Source: a virus. Taken from it: a stretch of 64,000 nt of DNA. The position numbers were made by a program, and so were the translations under genes. The stretch is from the IMG/VR virus record IMGVR_UViG_3300018080_008188, positions 1-64,000 of that record; one strand, 5' to 3'. Below, piece by piece: positions 47,506 to 56,703 of the stretch (position 1 is its first letter; every line of letters starts with the position of its first letter). The notes under the pieces were generated by a model. The model had not been told where the DNA came from. It saw only the letters and a list, made by a program, of their open reading frames with translations, and did no database searches.

Positions 47506-48354
47506 ATGCCAACCACTATTTCCATAGCTGGCGGTCAAACAGTCGGCGTAGATGCCGAGCTGAAAACTGGCATCATCAAAGCGTCGATTTCTGCGCTTAA
47601 GATTTCTGTCAGTGAATTCAAGTATGATATCGGTGGGCTAAGGGGAGTATACTCCGGAGCGACCGGCCAATCTGTAACCGACAACGACACCAGTTATGTA
47701 TATCTTGACAATAGTGCTTCGCTTCAAATAAACACGACAGGATTTCCGTCAGAATTACATATTCCTTTGGGCAGAGTGGTTGCTGTAAACGGAGAGGTTC
47801 TTGAGATTTATGACGAACGCGTATTGATGGCGAGCAGTGCGGCATTGCAAAGCACATGCCGTATCGGATATCCGGTAGATGGAGGAATCAGAGGAGGCGG
47901 GACTTCTGCCAGTTCAAACAACGACATGCCGGCCATTAAATACGACTACGACGCCTATGGGTGGAACCGCTGGGTTGGAAGACCGCCTCAGAACTATGTG
48001 TCTGGGGACCTGACAATGCGCTTATATGTTACGGTGCCCTCTTCGCCGTCAAATGGAACAGGAACCCGATGGACATTAGAGTGGGCTTTCCGAAGCGTCG
48101 ACGACGACCTGGGAGACTGGGATAATTCGGATACGGTAATATATTCATTTGATGGCAGCGATATCGCAGACGATTTATGGGTGATGGATTTTACGCTTCC
48201 ATCCGGCGCTTTCGACAAAGATGCCGACCTGATGTTTTTCAAGCTGACGCGAAAGGCCACCGATCCCGATGATGATTGCGGCAAGTATGTATATGTTCAT
48301 GCTCAAGAATTGAGGTATGTAGGATATACGCTGGCTGGACAGGCTGGTCAATAA
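47506..48354 (+). CDS. putative virion structural protein
   Basis: YVYLD...TGFP..HIPLGRVV..NG...IYDER fibre-type module. Confidence 0.65.
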   Translation: MPTTISIAGGQTVGVDAELKTGIIKASISALKISVSEFKYDIGGLRGVYSGATGQSVTDNDTSYVYLDNSASLQINTTGFPSELHIPLGRVVAVNGEVLEIYDERVLMASSAALQSTCRIGYPVDGGIRGGGTSASSNNDMPAIKYDYDAYGWNRWVGRPPQNYVSGDLTMRLYVTVPSSPSNGTGTRWTLEWAFRSVDDDLGDWDNSDTVIYSFDGSDIADDLWVMDFTLPSGAFDKDADLMFFKLTRKATDPDDDCGKYVYVHAQELRYVGYTLAGQAGQ

Positions 48355-48355
48355 C

Positions 48356-48541
48356 ATGGGAGCTGAAACGGCAACGCTCATAGATCAGCTGGCGGAGATT
48401 TTTCAACTCACATCTGTTAAATGTAACACTTGTGGTTTCGAATTCTACGGACCAGCAAAATGGGACGATAAGAATAAGACAACTGTACATTTGGGCAAAT
48501 GCCCAAAATGTGGTTCGAAAGACATTTCAATCAAGGAGTGA
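48356..48541 (+). CDS. small Zn-ribbon protein
   Basis: CNTCG...CPKCGS. Confidence 0.65.
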   Translation: MGAETATLIDQLAEIFQLTSVKCNTCGFEFYGPAKWDDKNKTTVHLGKCPKCGSKDISIKE

Positions 48542-48546
48542 AAAAA

Positions 48547-49437
48547 ATGAGTACACAAATCGATGTATTGAAGGCAAAAACCGAGCAAATTTCCATTCTA
48601 GGCGAAGAGCGAATTGCCATGGACCCGGAATTGCGTTCCAACGAAGGCATTGCTTTACATCAGCAAGTGCTTATTACGGTCATGAATGATACGGATAAGT
48701 ACGGCATGTATACGGTTCACATGGATTATCAAGATGGCACGGATAATGACGATGTTCGCATGACTTTGGCTGGTCGCCAGAGGCTTGACCAATCAGATTC
48801 TTTCGACGCTTATTTGGACAAGGATTGCGTTCAAACGGGACAAAGCAAAGCGCAACTTGATTCAAACAACCAGTACGGAGAAATTCTTACCGAAACTGAT
48901 TCCCAGCACGACAAGATCGTAATCTGTGCTCCTCATGGCGGCGCCATTGAATCAAACACTGATGAGCAAACTGAGTGGTGTTATAACAAGCTGGTCAATA
49001 CCTACAGCAAAGACGCCAGCAGATGGGAAGCGTGCGGTTGGCAGGACGAAGTTGGAGCATACGATGCCTGGCATATTACAAGCACCGACATTTCCCGCGA
49101 CAGTTTTAGCCTTTTGGATTCAATCGGCGATCGCGATTTCCAGTACGCAGTGGCATTCCACGGATTTTCACAAGACGGAATTCTCATCGGCGGAAATGCG
49201 CCGGCGGATTTGAAATGTACGATTCGGCAAGCTATAGAAACTGCTTGCGAGGGTAATGTTGAAGTTGCCATTACTACCGAAGGCGAATACTCCGGTACCG
49301 ATCCGGACAATTTTGTGAACTGGTTAACGGATGGCGGCAGCGGCGGTATTCAAATCGAGCAAAGCTATTATGCTCGGTCCAACTATGCCCAGGAGATCGC
49401 CGAAGCGGTAGCTGATGTGATGCAAAGTCTGATCTAG
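48547..49437 (+). CDS. poly-gamma-glutamate hydrolase family protein (PghP/DUF867-like)
   Basis: APHGGAIE..T, HITST, VAFHG, NFVN, GIQIEQS. Confidence 0.85.
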   Translation: MSTQIDVLKAKTEQISILGEERIAMDPELRSNEGIALHQQVLITVMNDTDKYGMYTVHMDYQDGTDNDDVRMTLAGRQRLDQSDSFDAYLDKDCVQTGQSKAQLDSNNQYGEILTETDSQHDKIVICAPHGGAIESNTDEQTEWCYNKLVNTYSKDASRWEACGWQDEVGAYDAWHITSTDISRDSFSLLDSIGDRDFQYAVAFHGFSQDGILIGGNAPADLKCTIRQAIETACEGNVEVAITTEGEYSGTDPDNFVNWLTDGGSGGIQIEQSYYARSNYAQEIAEAVADVMQSLI

Positions 49438-49610
49438 CAGAACTAGTGGTCGCTAGCCGGTAACGACAGGCAGAGAATAGGGCTAACCAAACCTGTGACC
49501 ATAAATTTGCGCAGAAAGCAGAACTTGTTTTCGGGTGTATTTAAAAATGGTTGAGACCGCTTGCCAGGAAATACAGATATGAGGATCGAATTTGAGGAAA
49601 CAGTTGTCTG

Positions 49611-50279
49611 ATGGTACATATGGTTGTCAGCGACACGCATATTGGAGACGACAGGGGGGACAGGAATCTTCCGTCGCTTTTTAAAGTGGTTGAAAAATAC
49701 GCTGTTCCAGATTCGCACCTTATTCTAAACGGTGACATATTCGATCTTGCCGCAAAAATGAGGCTAGACGAAAGACACAAAGAATTTATGGATGTTGCGC
49801 GCCGACACGGACGCATAACATACATTCAGGGAAACCATGATTGGATTATAAAATGTTTTGGCGATGTGCTTTCCAATGACATGAGATTCGCAAATGAACT
49901 GAAAATGGAGTCGGGCGGCACAAAATTCAGGATAATACATGGACACCAATATGATTTCGTCGCCAATCGGATGCCAAAGGCAAACAGGGCGGTCATAAAG
50001 ATAAACCACTGGGTTAGACGGTTCACAACTGTTGACTTACAACTCATCCTGAGAACCACAAAAATGGGCAAACGGCTGCTGGAAAAGCAGGAGAAGAGGC
50101 TGGCAAGGCGAGAAAAATGGGCGGATGTTATCGTAGCAGGGCATACGCACCGGCCAAAAGCCGAGCGAATTGGTGATAAAACATATGTAAATACTGGAGA
50201 TTGGGTAGAAAGAGACAACCGCGCATTTCTTTTGATAGAAGACGACGGAAGTTTCGAATTACACAGGCTGGATCGTTGA
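49611..50279 (+). CDS. metallophosphoesterase, UDP-2,3-diacylglucosamine hydrolase (LpxH)-like
   Basis: SDTHIG, NGDIFD, GNHD, HGHQYD, GHTH, NTGDW. Confidence 0.85.
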   Translation: MVHMVVSDTHIGDDRGDRNLPSLFKVVEKYAVPDSHLILNGDIFDLAAKMRLDERHKEFMDVARRHGRITYIQGNHDWIIKCFGDVLSNDMRFANELKMESGGTKFRIIHGHQYDFVANRMPKANRAVIKINHWVRRFTTVDLQLILRTTKMGKRLLEKQEKRLARREKWADVIVAGHTHRPKAERIGDKTYVNTGDWVERDNRAFLLIEDDGSFELHRLDR

Positions 50280-50291
50280 TGCTATAAAAAT

Positions 50292-50310
50292 CTATCAATA
50301 ACAGAGCATT
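50292..50310 (+). promoter_or_regulatory. putative late promoter motif (copy 5)
   Basis: ctatcaataacagagcatt. Confidence 0.7.
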
Positions 50311-50395
50311 GGAGATAAAGGGACTTGTTTGCTCCCTTGCCCGCCGTTGGCGGGCGGTTATGTTCAAGTCATGTTTGTGTTAGAGGAAAAATCAG

Positions 50396-50815
50396 ATGCC
50401 AAGAACCCGCACCAGGGGCACGTACATATGTGACGGCTCCGTGACGACCGACAAGGTCGCAAATGGTGCGATAACGACAGTCAAGTTGGGAAACGGCAGT
50501 GTTACGGAGGAAAAACTTTCCGCCGACCTGCGCGAGCGCATTCTTGCATCTGCGAGACCGGCAGCGCGCGAAAGGTTCGAGGCCGAAATTCCTGCTGACA
50601 CTGATGTAGCAATACCGGGCGGTTTTTCATGGAGCAATACCCAGGATTTTGCGACACGCTTCGTGATAACGCTGAACGGACAGACGCTTGGGAACGGAGA
50701 GACAAAGCCGTCCGGTAGAGAGTGGACAGACGTATATCCCGGCAGCTCAAACACTACAATGCGATTTCCCTTCGATTTGGAAAGGGGAAGCAAGATTTTG
50801 GTGGTCCGCCTATGA
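50396..50815 (+). CDS. small fibre-like protein
   Basis: 10-residue repeats DGSVTTDKVA/NGAITTVKLG/NGSVTEEKLS. Confidence 0.7.
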   Translation: MPRTRTRGTYICDGSVTTDKVANGAITTVKLGNGSVTEEKLSADLRERILASARPAARERFEAEIPADTDVAIPGGFSWSNTQDFATRFVITLNGQTLGNGETKPSGREWTDVYPGSSNTTMRFPFDLERGSKILVVRL

Positions 50816-51042
50816 CCGACAGCAAGTACACATACAGCACAAGCGACATAGCACTTGCGGCTTATCTCAAGCTCAAAGGGATGCTGCTGGTGGACTGCGG
50901 TCGTGACGGGCAGAAATTCAGATTCACATTTGAAGATCCGGAAGACGAGGGCGGTGCGCTGGCAATAGAATTCAGCAATTCGGAGTGTAGGCGGTACGAT
51001 GATGAGATTCGCTCGCTGAAAAAAATCCTATACAGCGGATAG
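50812..51042 (+). CDS. small conserved phage protein (DUF5659-like)
   Basis: TSDIALAAYLKLKG...FRFTF; ATGA overlap. Confidence 0.7.
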   Translation: MTDSKYTYSTSDIALAAYLKLKGMLLVDCGRDGQKFRFTFEDPEDEGGALAIEFSNSECRRYDDEIRSLKKILYSG

Positions 51043-51102
51043 CGGATCGTTAAAGACAAGGGGAAGGGAAAAATACACCAGTAACTGGGGGTTACGTAAA
51101 AG

Positions 51103-52812
51103 ATGGTTTTCCGTAGCAGAATCAGAGCATCGCAGCTCGACAGCGACGACACATTCGAATTTGCAGAAGTCGTAATCGACGGGTATTCCGGAAACGAACT
51201 CGACGAGGGTTTGAAAACCGGTCTTATCTTCAAAAACGGACACGGCGGCAGCAACACACTGCAAATTCATGCCGACGACGGGGAGATCAACCAGATAGGA
51301 TCGGGTCAGGTCACATTCAACGGAAATGTTGACATGAACAACGGTCTGGACGTCCTTGGCGGAAACGCCTTTGTGGCCAACGATCTGACAGTAAATGGAG
51401 ACCTTACTGTCAATGGCACTGAAACGGTCCTTAATATCGAAAGCCTGATTATAGAAGATCCGGTTGAGGTTTTCAACGCCACCGGGACCGAAGCGCTGAC
51501 CGACTGGACGGGATTTTCAGCCAGGGATGGCGACGGATACAACCGCATCGGCTGGGTTTTCGACGGATATTGGGGTCTGTCGACTTCCGCAACAGCGGAC
51601 GCCGACGATGTGCCGGACAGGGCAATAGCCTACATGGGAACCGGTGTTACTGATGGAGACCTTTCGGCTGACGAAGCTGCCAGCCGCATAGGTGTTTTGG
51701 AGCAGAACGGCGTAACCGGAGCGGACATCCAGGAGGCTCTTGAAAACCTTGCCAGCGGAACCACTGATTCCACAGGAACCAACAACCTGACCTGGCATGT
51801 AAATCAGGATGCCGACGCTACCGACGAAGATCCGTGTCTCATCATGAGCGGCGGCGACGGCGCAAGCGTGATCGACGGCTATCTGTGCTTGATAACCGAT
51901 TCCGTTTCAGGCGATCGCTGGGAGTTCAAGACATACGAGGGCGGAAGTCTGACCGACGGCGATGTGCACATCAATCCGAGCGGAACCACGGATGCCATCG
52001 ATGCCACGATGACATTCAACGCCGGCAATGGCGCTGACGCATACCAGGCAAGCGTTTCCTTGGACGGATATTCCGGCACCTTGTCCTACACGGCCAGCGA
52101 GCACGAGTTCAGCGGGGATGTGAACATGCTGAACGACCTGGATGTTGACGGAAGCGCAAATGTCGATGTAGATCTTAGCGTCGGGGGAGATGCCGACATT
52201 ACCGGAGGCCTTACGGTAGGCCTGGATGCCGACATTACCGGAAGTCTGACTGTCGACGGATACGCAACCCTAGGCGACAGCGCCGACGACCATGTTGTGG
52301 TCACAGGTACGCTCTACAGCGATTTGATGCCGGACGACGCGGCATATCAGCTTGGCGATACGGACAGCAGGTGGCTCGACGGTTACTTCGACATGTTCAC
52401 TCCGACAGCCTACACGCCGGTCGGAGACGACGACAGTCTGCAGGGGCACTTGAAAGGCATCGATAACAAACTGGACACCCTCGATGGTCAGACGGACTTT
52501 CCCTTGGCAATATATGAGGTGACGAACGCAGAGGCAGGCGCCGACGAAGTTGATACCACCAGGGCTGTCGATCAGGGAGACCAGCTGTCGACAATCGGAA
52601 GCCTTACGGACGAGGAGTTTCGCGACAGGGTCAGGATTTATCTGAACGGCAAGCTCCTGTACAACGACACGGACGACAGAGCCAACAGCGCCGCAGTGGA
52701 TGCTGCTGACAGGGATGTTGCCAGAAAGACTGGAACGCTCGACACGCTCGTGTTTGGCGGCGACGTCAAAAAGAACGCGGTGCTTCATGTCGAGCTTCTG
52801 AAGGTTCCGTAA
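51103..52812 (+). CDS. acidic fibre-like virion protein
   Basis: DLTVNGDLTVNGT beta-helix repeats; seven DGY; followed by a terminator. Confidence 0.75.
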   Translation: MVFRSRIRASQLDSDDTFEFAEVVIDGYSGNELDEGLKTGLIFKNGHGGSNTLQIHADDGEINQIGSGQVTFNGNVDMNNGLDVLGGNAFVANDLTVNGDLTVNGTETVLNIESLIIEDPVEVFNATGTEALTDWTGFSARDGDGYNRIGWVFDGYWGLSTSATADADDVPDRAIAYMGTGVTDGDLSADEAASRIGVLEQNGVTGADIQEALENLASGTTDSTGTNNLTWHVNQDADATDEDPCLIMSGGDGASVIDGYLCLITDSVSGDRWEFKTYEGGSLTDGDVHINPSGTTDAIDATMTFNAGNGADAYQASVSLDGYSGTLSYTASEHEFSGDVNMLNDLDVDGSANVDVDLSVGGDADITGGLTVGLDADITGSLTVDGYATLGDSADDHVVVTGTLYSDLMPDDAAYQLGDTDSRWLDGYFDMFTPTAYTPVGDDDSLQGHLKGIDNKLDTLDGQTDFPLAIYEVTNAEAGADEVDTTRAVDQGDQLSTIGSLTDEEFRDRVRIYLNGKLLYNDTDDRANSAAVDAADRDVARKTGTLDTLVFGGDVKKNAVLHVELLKVP

Positions 52813-52831
52813 GCCAAGAATATAGGCAAAC

Positions 52832-52861
52832 AAGGGCGGCGGGCTTCCGCCGCTCTTTTTT
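52832..52861 (+). terminator. rho-independent terminator
   Basis: aagggcggcgg-gctt-ccgccgctctt-tttt. Confidence 0.8.
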
Positions 52862-52880
52862 GAAGAAAGGTTGAAAGACA

Positions 52881-53300
52881 ATGGAGAAGGTATCAGAAGG
52901 CGCTAATTTGCCGAAACAGAAAGTTGACATCAATGCGGTTCTCCTGAAGCAGGTTCAGCAGCTACAGCAACTTTTGATGGTTCAGGAGCATGCTGACCAG
53001 CAGGAAAAACGCACCAACTACGACAGCAAAGGCATCCAGGACCTTCGCATGATGGCAGACCTTTTGGAAGATGTTCAAGACCAGATAGAGCCGATTCGCG
53101 ACAGGGCTCTTGACGAGAAAGCTCGTCTCACCGGTTTTGCCCAGTGCGCCGAAACATGCTGTAAGATATTGGCGAACAAGTCGGCCGGCATTCGCAAGCG
53201 CGCAATTGACATGGCCAAGGAGGCATGCTCTCCAAGCATGAGCCAGGACAAAGGCGGCAAGCAGAGAAAAAGATTTTCTGCATACAAGAAGGAGGGCTGA
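52881..53300 (+). CDS. coiled-coil hypothetical protein (possible fibre chaperone)
   Basis: Helical heptad pattern; follows the fibre gene. Confidence 0.6.
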   Translation: MEKVSEGANLPKQKVDINAVLLKQVQQLQQLLMVQEHADQQEKRTNYDSKGIQDLRMMADLLEDVQDQIEPIRDRALDEKARLTGFAQCAETCCKILANKSAGIRKRAIDMAKEACSPSMSQDKGGKQRKRFSAYKKEG

Positions 53301-53304
53301 TCGA

Positions 53305-53598
53305 TTGGTTACGATCAATCTCAGGACCGGAGGAGGCGCTCTCGAGCACATACATGAGAACGAAGACCTCAGTTCCCAGATCGACGGATACAACTCAGTG
53401 TTCACAACCAGTTTCGAGTACAAACCTGGTTCGCTCATTGTCCGCGTCGACGGACTTACCTTTAGAAGCGGCGAAGACGACGATTTTACGGAAACTGGGG
53501 CAAAGGAGTTCACATGGAACGACAGCCCTGTTCCTGGAGAGGGTCCTGGAGACTGCGAGGCGACCATGTTCGTATCATACCTGAGAAAGGTTCCATGA
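53305..53598 (+). CDS. small virion protein
   Basis: EDLSSQIDGYNSVFTT..YKPGSLIVRVDG module; TTG start after GGAGGG. Confidence 0.65.
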   Translation: MVTINLRTGGGALEHIHENEDLSSQIDGYNSVFTTSFEYKPGSLIVRVDGLTFRSGEDDDFTETGAKEFTWNDSPVPGEGPGDCEATMFVSYLRKVP

Positions 53599-53606
53599 GG
53601 TGATGA

Positions 53607-53918
53607 ATGGGAATAGGACCTTTTCGCGCAGGAAAAACAGCTCGCCTCCCCTTGGCAGTCACGCTTGACGGCGAAACGATCGCCGTCGGCAACCCACGCG
53701 TTCACAGACTGATAGGACCGGATCAGAACGATGTACAGGGTTTTCCGCAGGCGATGCAGACCGCCAGCACTGGCATATACTACTATGAGATACAGCTTTT
53801 TCAGACCGGCAACTACACGGCAATATTCAGAGCGGAACTGGGCGGATCTACCCTTGAGGACATAGAGCCGTTCGTTGTGGAACCGCCTGACGGATTTCCA
53901 AGAATAGAGTGCGCATAG
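53607..53918 (+). CDS. small Ig-like protein
   Basis: STGIYYYEI....GNYTAIF beta-sandwich pattern. Confidence 0.65.
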   Translation: MGIGPFRAGKTARLPLAVTLDGETIAVGNPRVHRLIGPDQNDVQGFPQAMQTASTGIYYYEIQLFQTGNYTAIFRAELGGSTLEDIEPFVVEPPDGFPRIECA

Positions 53919-53931
53919 GAGGTGCCTTGCC

Positions 53932-54819
53932 ATGACAACCAGCCGCAAGGTGATAGTCGGACAGACCATCAACCTGGACATCAAGGTGTACAACGCCCTG
54001 AATCAGCTGGTTGACTCAGACAGCACGCCGTATGTTGAGGTCAAGGATGCCAGCGCGAATGTGTACCGCGCATCGTCGCCTTCAGGCGTGGTAAGGCTTG
54101 ACACCGGAAGATACCGCATCGCCTTCACTGTTCCGGCTTCTGCGGAAAGCGGAATCTGGAGCGACACTTGGCGCACGATGGTTGACGGCAATCTCATTAC
54201 GGACACGTTCAACTTCATAGTCCTTACATCAAGCGCTTCCATGGATGTGGATGGCAGGCAGATAGGCGACGACCCTGAGGTTTCCTTTTCGCAGGATGAA
54301 ATCTACGGCATCAACATACTCATGGAGCAGCTGCGGTGCCGCCTCAAGGACCGCAAGAGCATCAAATCCGTTTCCAAGGACGGCTATGGAGCAAATGTGC
54401 TTGTCGAATGCCCCATTTTCTCGGACGAGGAGCTGCTCTGCTTCATCAAAGCCAGCCTTAGCGAATTCAACCAGGTTCCACATTTTACCAGCTTCACTTT
54501 TGCCGACCCGATGATTTACGAGAGATACGCGCATGTAATTACCGAAGGTGCTTTTATACTGGCGATGGCTGCGCAGATGCTTGTGGAAGCTGGCAGGGAA
54601 TATACGCTGTCGGACAACGGCATCAGCAACCAGCCGCCTCCGCTGTCCACGGCAATGAACAACAACCTGAGCGCTTTCTTGAGCAGGCATACGGACATGC
54701 TCAAGTTCATCAAGTGCAGCTTGAAGCCAGCGCCGATGGGAACTGGAACCTTCAGAGTACTGGCAGTCAGCCCCGCATTTCTGAGGCTTAGACACCTGAG
54801 ACAGCGGCAAATAATTTAA
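53932..54819 (+). CDS. putative head-tail adaptor/neck protein with an N-terminal Ig-like domain
   Basis: LRCRLKD...IFSDEELLCFI..SLSEFN..PHFT...EYTLSDNGIS, a gp6/gp15-like helical pattern. Confidence 0.65.
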   Translation: MTTSRKVIVGQTINLDIKVYNALNQLVDSDSTPYVEVKDASANVYRASSPSGVVRLDTGRYRIAFTVPASAESGIWSDTWRTMVDGNLITDTFNFIVLTSSASMDVDGRQIGDDPEVSFSQDEIYGINILMEQLRCRLKDRKSIKSVSKDGYGANVLVECPIFSDEELLCFIKASLSEFNQVPHFTSFTFADPMIYERYAHVITEGAFILAMAAQMLVEAGREYTLSDNGISNQPPPLSTAMNNNLSAFLSRHTDMLKFIKCSLKPAPMGTGTFRVLAVSPAFLRLRHLRQRQII

Positions 54820-54824
54820 AGAAA

Positions 54825-55970
54825 ATGAAATGTCCGGTCTGCGGCAAATCGTGCCATGGAAAAGTCGGTATCAGCAGCCATGTCTTCAAGACGAAAGATG
54901 AAGCGCATTTGGAATTTGTGCGCAGGCAGAATGTGCTGGTTGACGGGGCTTTCTTCAGAAACATCTCTTGCGGAGATTTGGCGGGCAGCAGGGAATGCCA
55001 TGTGTCTGTGGCATACATATGCGAAAGATGGCAAAAAATTCCCGGATACAAGGAAAGAAAATCGCGCATGAACTCAAGCCGCATGCTTGGCGAGTGGAAA
55101 AAAGGTCAAAGAAAGGTGCCGCCATCTTTCACAAACAAAGGCGCAGAATACGATCTGGGAAAGAAAACGACGATCTCGCAAAAGCAGCATGACAAAATCG
55201 TGTCGCTGTTTGAATCCGACAAAAGCATTGCCGGCATAGCCAAAGAGGTCTCATGCGACCGCAAAACAGTGAGAAGCGTTTTCCTGCGCGAATTCGGCAG
55301 CCAAAAAACCAAAAGCCGTGGAAAAAAAATGGCATCCGCCACATGTTTGCGCACTGTAGCCGGAAAAAACAAGGTGCCCGCCGATTCGGGTCTTGGAAAA
55401 GCGATAGTTGATTCTTTCTGCGGAAACGAGGGCATTAGGTCGGTGGCAAAGAGGCTGGGAACAGGAACGGGAGTGGTGGTTCGCATATGGAAGCATGCTT
55501 TTGGTGCGGACGGATATAAAAGACGCTGCGCAAGAATGCGCAAGATACAGCGCGAAAGGGCATCGAAGTCTCTCAGGGTTGCAAAATTTTTGGGCTCGAA
55601 AAACGAAAGGCTTTGTCATAGGGTATTGTCGGAAAAAATTCCAGGCACAAATGTAATACACCATGACTACAGCATAGTATGCGGTCTCGAAATAGACATT
55701 TCAATACCGGAGATGAAAGTGGCAATAAGCTGGGACGGTCCTGGGCACAGAAGACCTGTGTTTGGCCGCCGCGCATTCGGGCGGACTTTAAAGAATGACA
55801 GAAGGCGGGACCATGCTCTAAGGTCCATTGGATGGAGACATATTTCCATCATCGACGAGGGAAGACACAATCCGCCGTTTGTAAAGCATGCCGTTGACCT
55901 CATAATAGGCAAATTGGGCGGCAAATGGTCCGGAAAATGTGTGATAGACCCAAGGAAGGAAGAAGGATGA
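54825..55970 (+). CDS. Zn-finger/HTH protein with a C-terminal PD-(D/E)xK (Vsr/DUF559-like) endonuclease; putative homing endonuclease
   Basis: CPVC...H...H; two HTH-like segments; EIDISIPEMKVAISWDGPGH...NDRRRD; AT-richer than the flanks. Confidence 0.75.
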   Translation: MKCPVCGKSCHGKVGISSHVFKTKDEAHLEFVRRQNVLVDGAFFRNISCGDLAGSRECHVSVAYICERWQKIPGYKERKSRMNSSRMLGEWKKGQRKVPPSFTNKGAEYDLGKKTTISQKQHDKIVSLFESDKSIAGIAKEVSCDRKTVRSVFLREFGSQKTKSRGKKMASATCLRTVAGKNKVPADSGLGKAIVDSFCGNEGIRSVAKRLGTGTGVVVRIWKHAFGADGYKRRCARMRKIQRERASKSLRVAKFLGSKNERLCHRVLSEKIPGTNVIHHDYSIVCGLEIDISIPEMKVAISWDGPGHRRPVFGRRAFGRTLKNDRRRDHALRSIGWRHISIIDEGRHNPPFVKHAVDLIIGKLGGKWSGKCVIDPRKEEG

Positions 55971-56293
55971 TTTTCAATTCCATGAACCTCCAGCAGAAAA
56001 TGCTGGTGTACACCGGATGCGCTGAGCTTAGAAGCCCTGGGGAGCTGCGAGCCGAGATAGCCGGTCTCAGAAGCCTTATTAAGGAGGCCGAGCTTCTCAT
56101 TAGCAAACATGAGCAGGCGCTTGTCATAGCCTATGAAGAAGCTGCCATGGCTGCTGTGCCGCACGGAAACGACAAGGAGGACGCTTCGGATGAGCGAGAA
56201 AACAAAGGGGAAACTGGAAAACAGGATAGTCAGGATTCTCAGAAAGACGCTGAAGAAGCATCCGATTGCCCACCGCTTGTGCGAAAAGTATGA
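55967..56293 (+). CDS. hypothetical protein
   Basis: ATGA overlap; its 3' end overlaps the next gene. Confidence 0.5.
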   Translation: MIFNSMNLQQKMLVYTGCAELRSPGELRAEIAGLRSLIKEAELLISKHEQALVIAYEEAAMAAVPHGNDKEDASDERENKGETGKQDSQDSQKDAEEASDCPPLVRKV

Positions 56294-56660
56294 GGAGGAT
56301 ATCGGTCTCATAGACGATATTCCGATCAGGTTCGAGCCCATCGACGTGTCGGCAAAAACCGTCAACGGCGAGATCATCCTCAACTCCAAATTGCTTGAGG
56401 GCGAATTCAGGGACAATATGAGGTACCTGGTTCACGAATTCGTACATGCTCTGCAGCAGGAAAACGGACTGGTCGAAGAGAAGCCGGAAAGCGGCGAATA
56501 TCTTGACGATCCAAACGAGATAGAGGCGTTCCAGGCGCAGCTGGACTTCATGGACGGCTGCTACAGCGAGGAGGAAGTACAAGAGTATTTGGAGCAGCTG
56601 CTGGACCATCACAACATCAAGGGAAAAGAACGCAAGCGCAAAATCCAAGAGCTTGCGTAA
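56190..56660 (+). CDS. zincin-like metalloprotease domain protein
   Basis: LVHEFVHALQ...YLDDPNEIEAF. Confidence 0.75.
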   Translation: MSEKTKGKLENRIVRILRKTLKKHPIAHRLCEKYEEDIGLIDDIPIRFEPIDVSAKTVNGEIILNSKLLEGEFRDNMRYLVHEFVHALQQENGLVEEKPESGEYLDDPNEIEAFQAQLDFMDGCYSEEEVQEYLEQLLDHHNIKGKERKRKIQELA

Positions 56661-56661
56661 A

Positions 56662-56680
56662 CTACTAATAATTCCGCATT
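56662..56680 (+). promoter_or_regulatory. putative late promoter motif (copy 6)
   Basis: ctactaataattccgcatt. Confidence 0.7.
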
Positions 56681-56703
56681 ATTTCTGATGCGGCAACGGA
56701 GCA

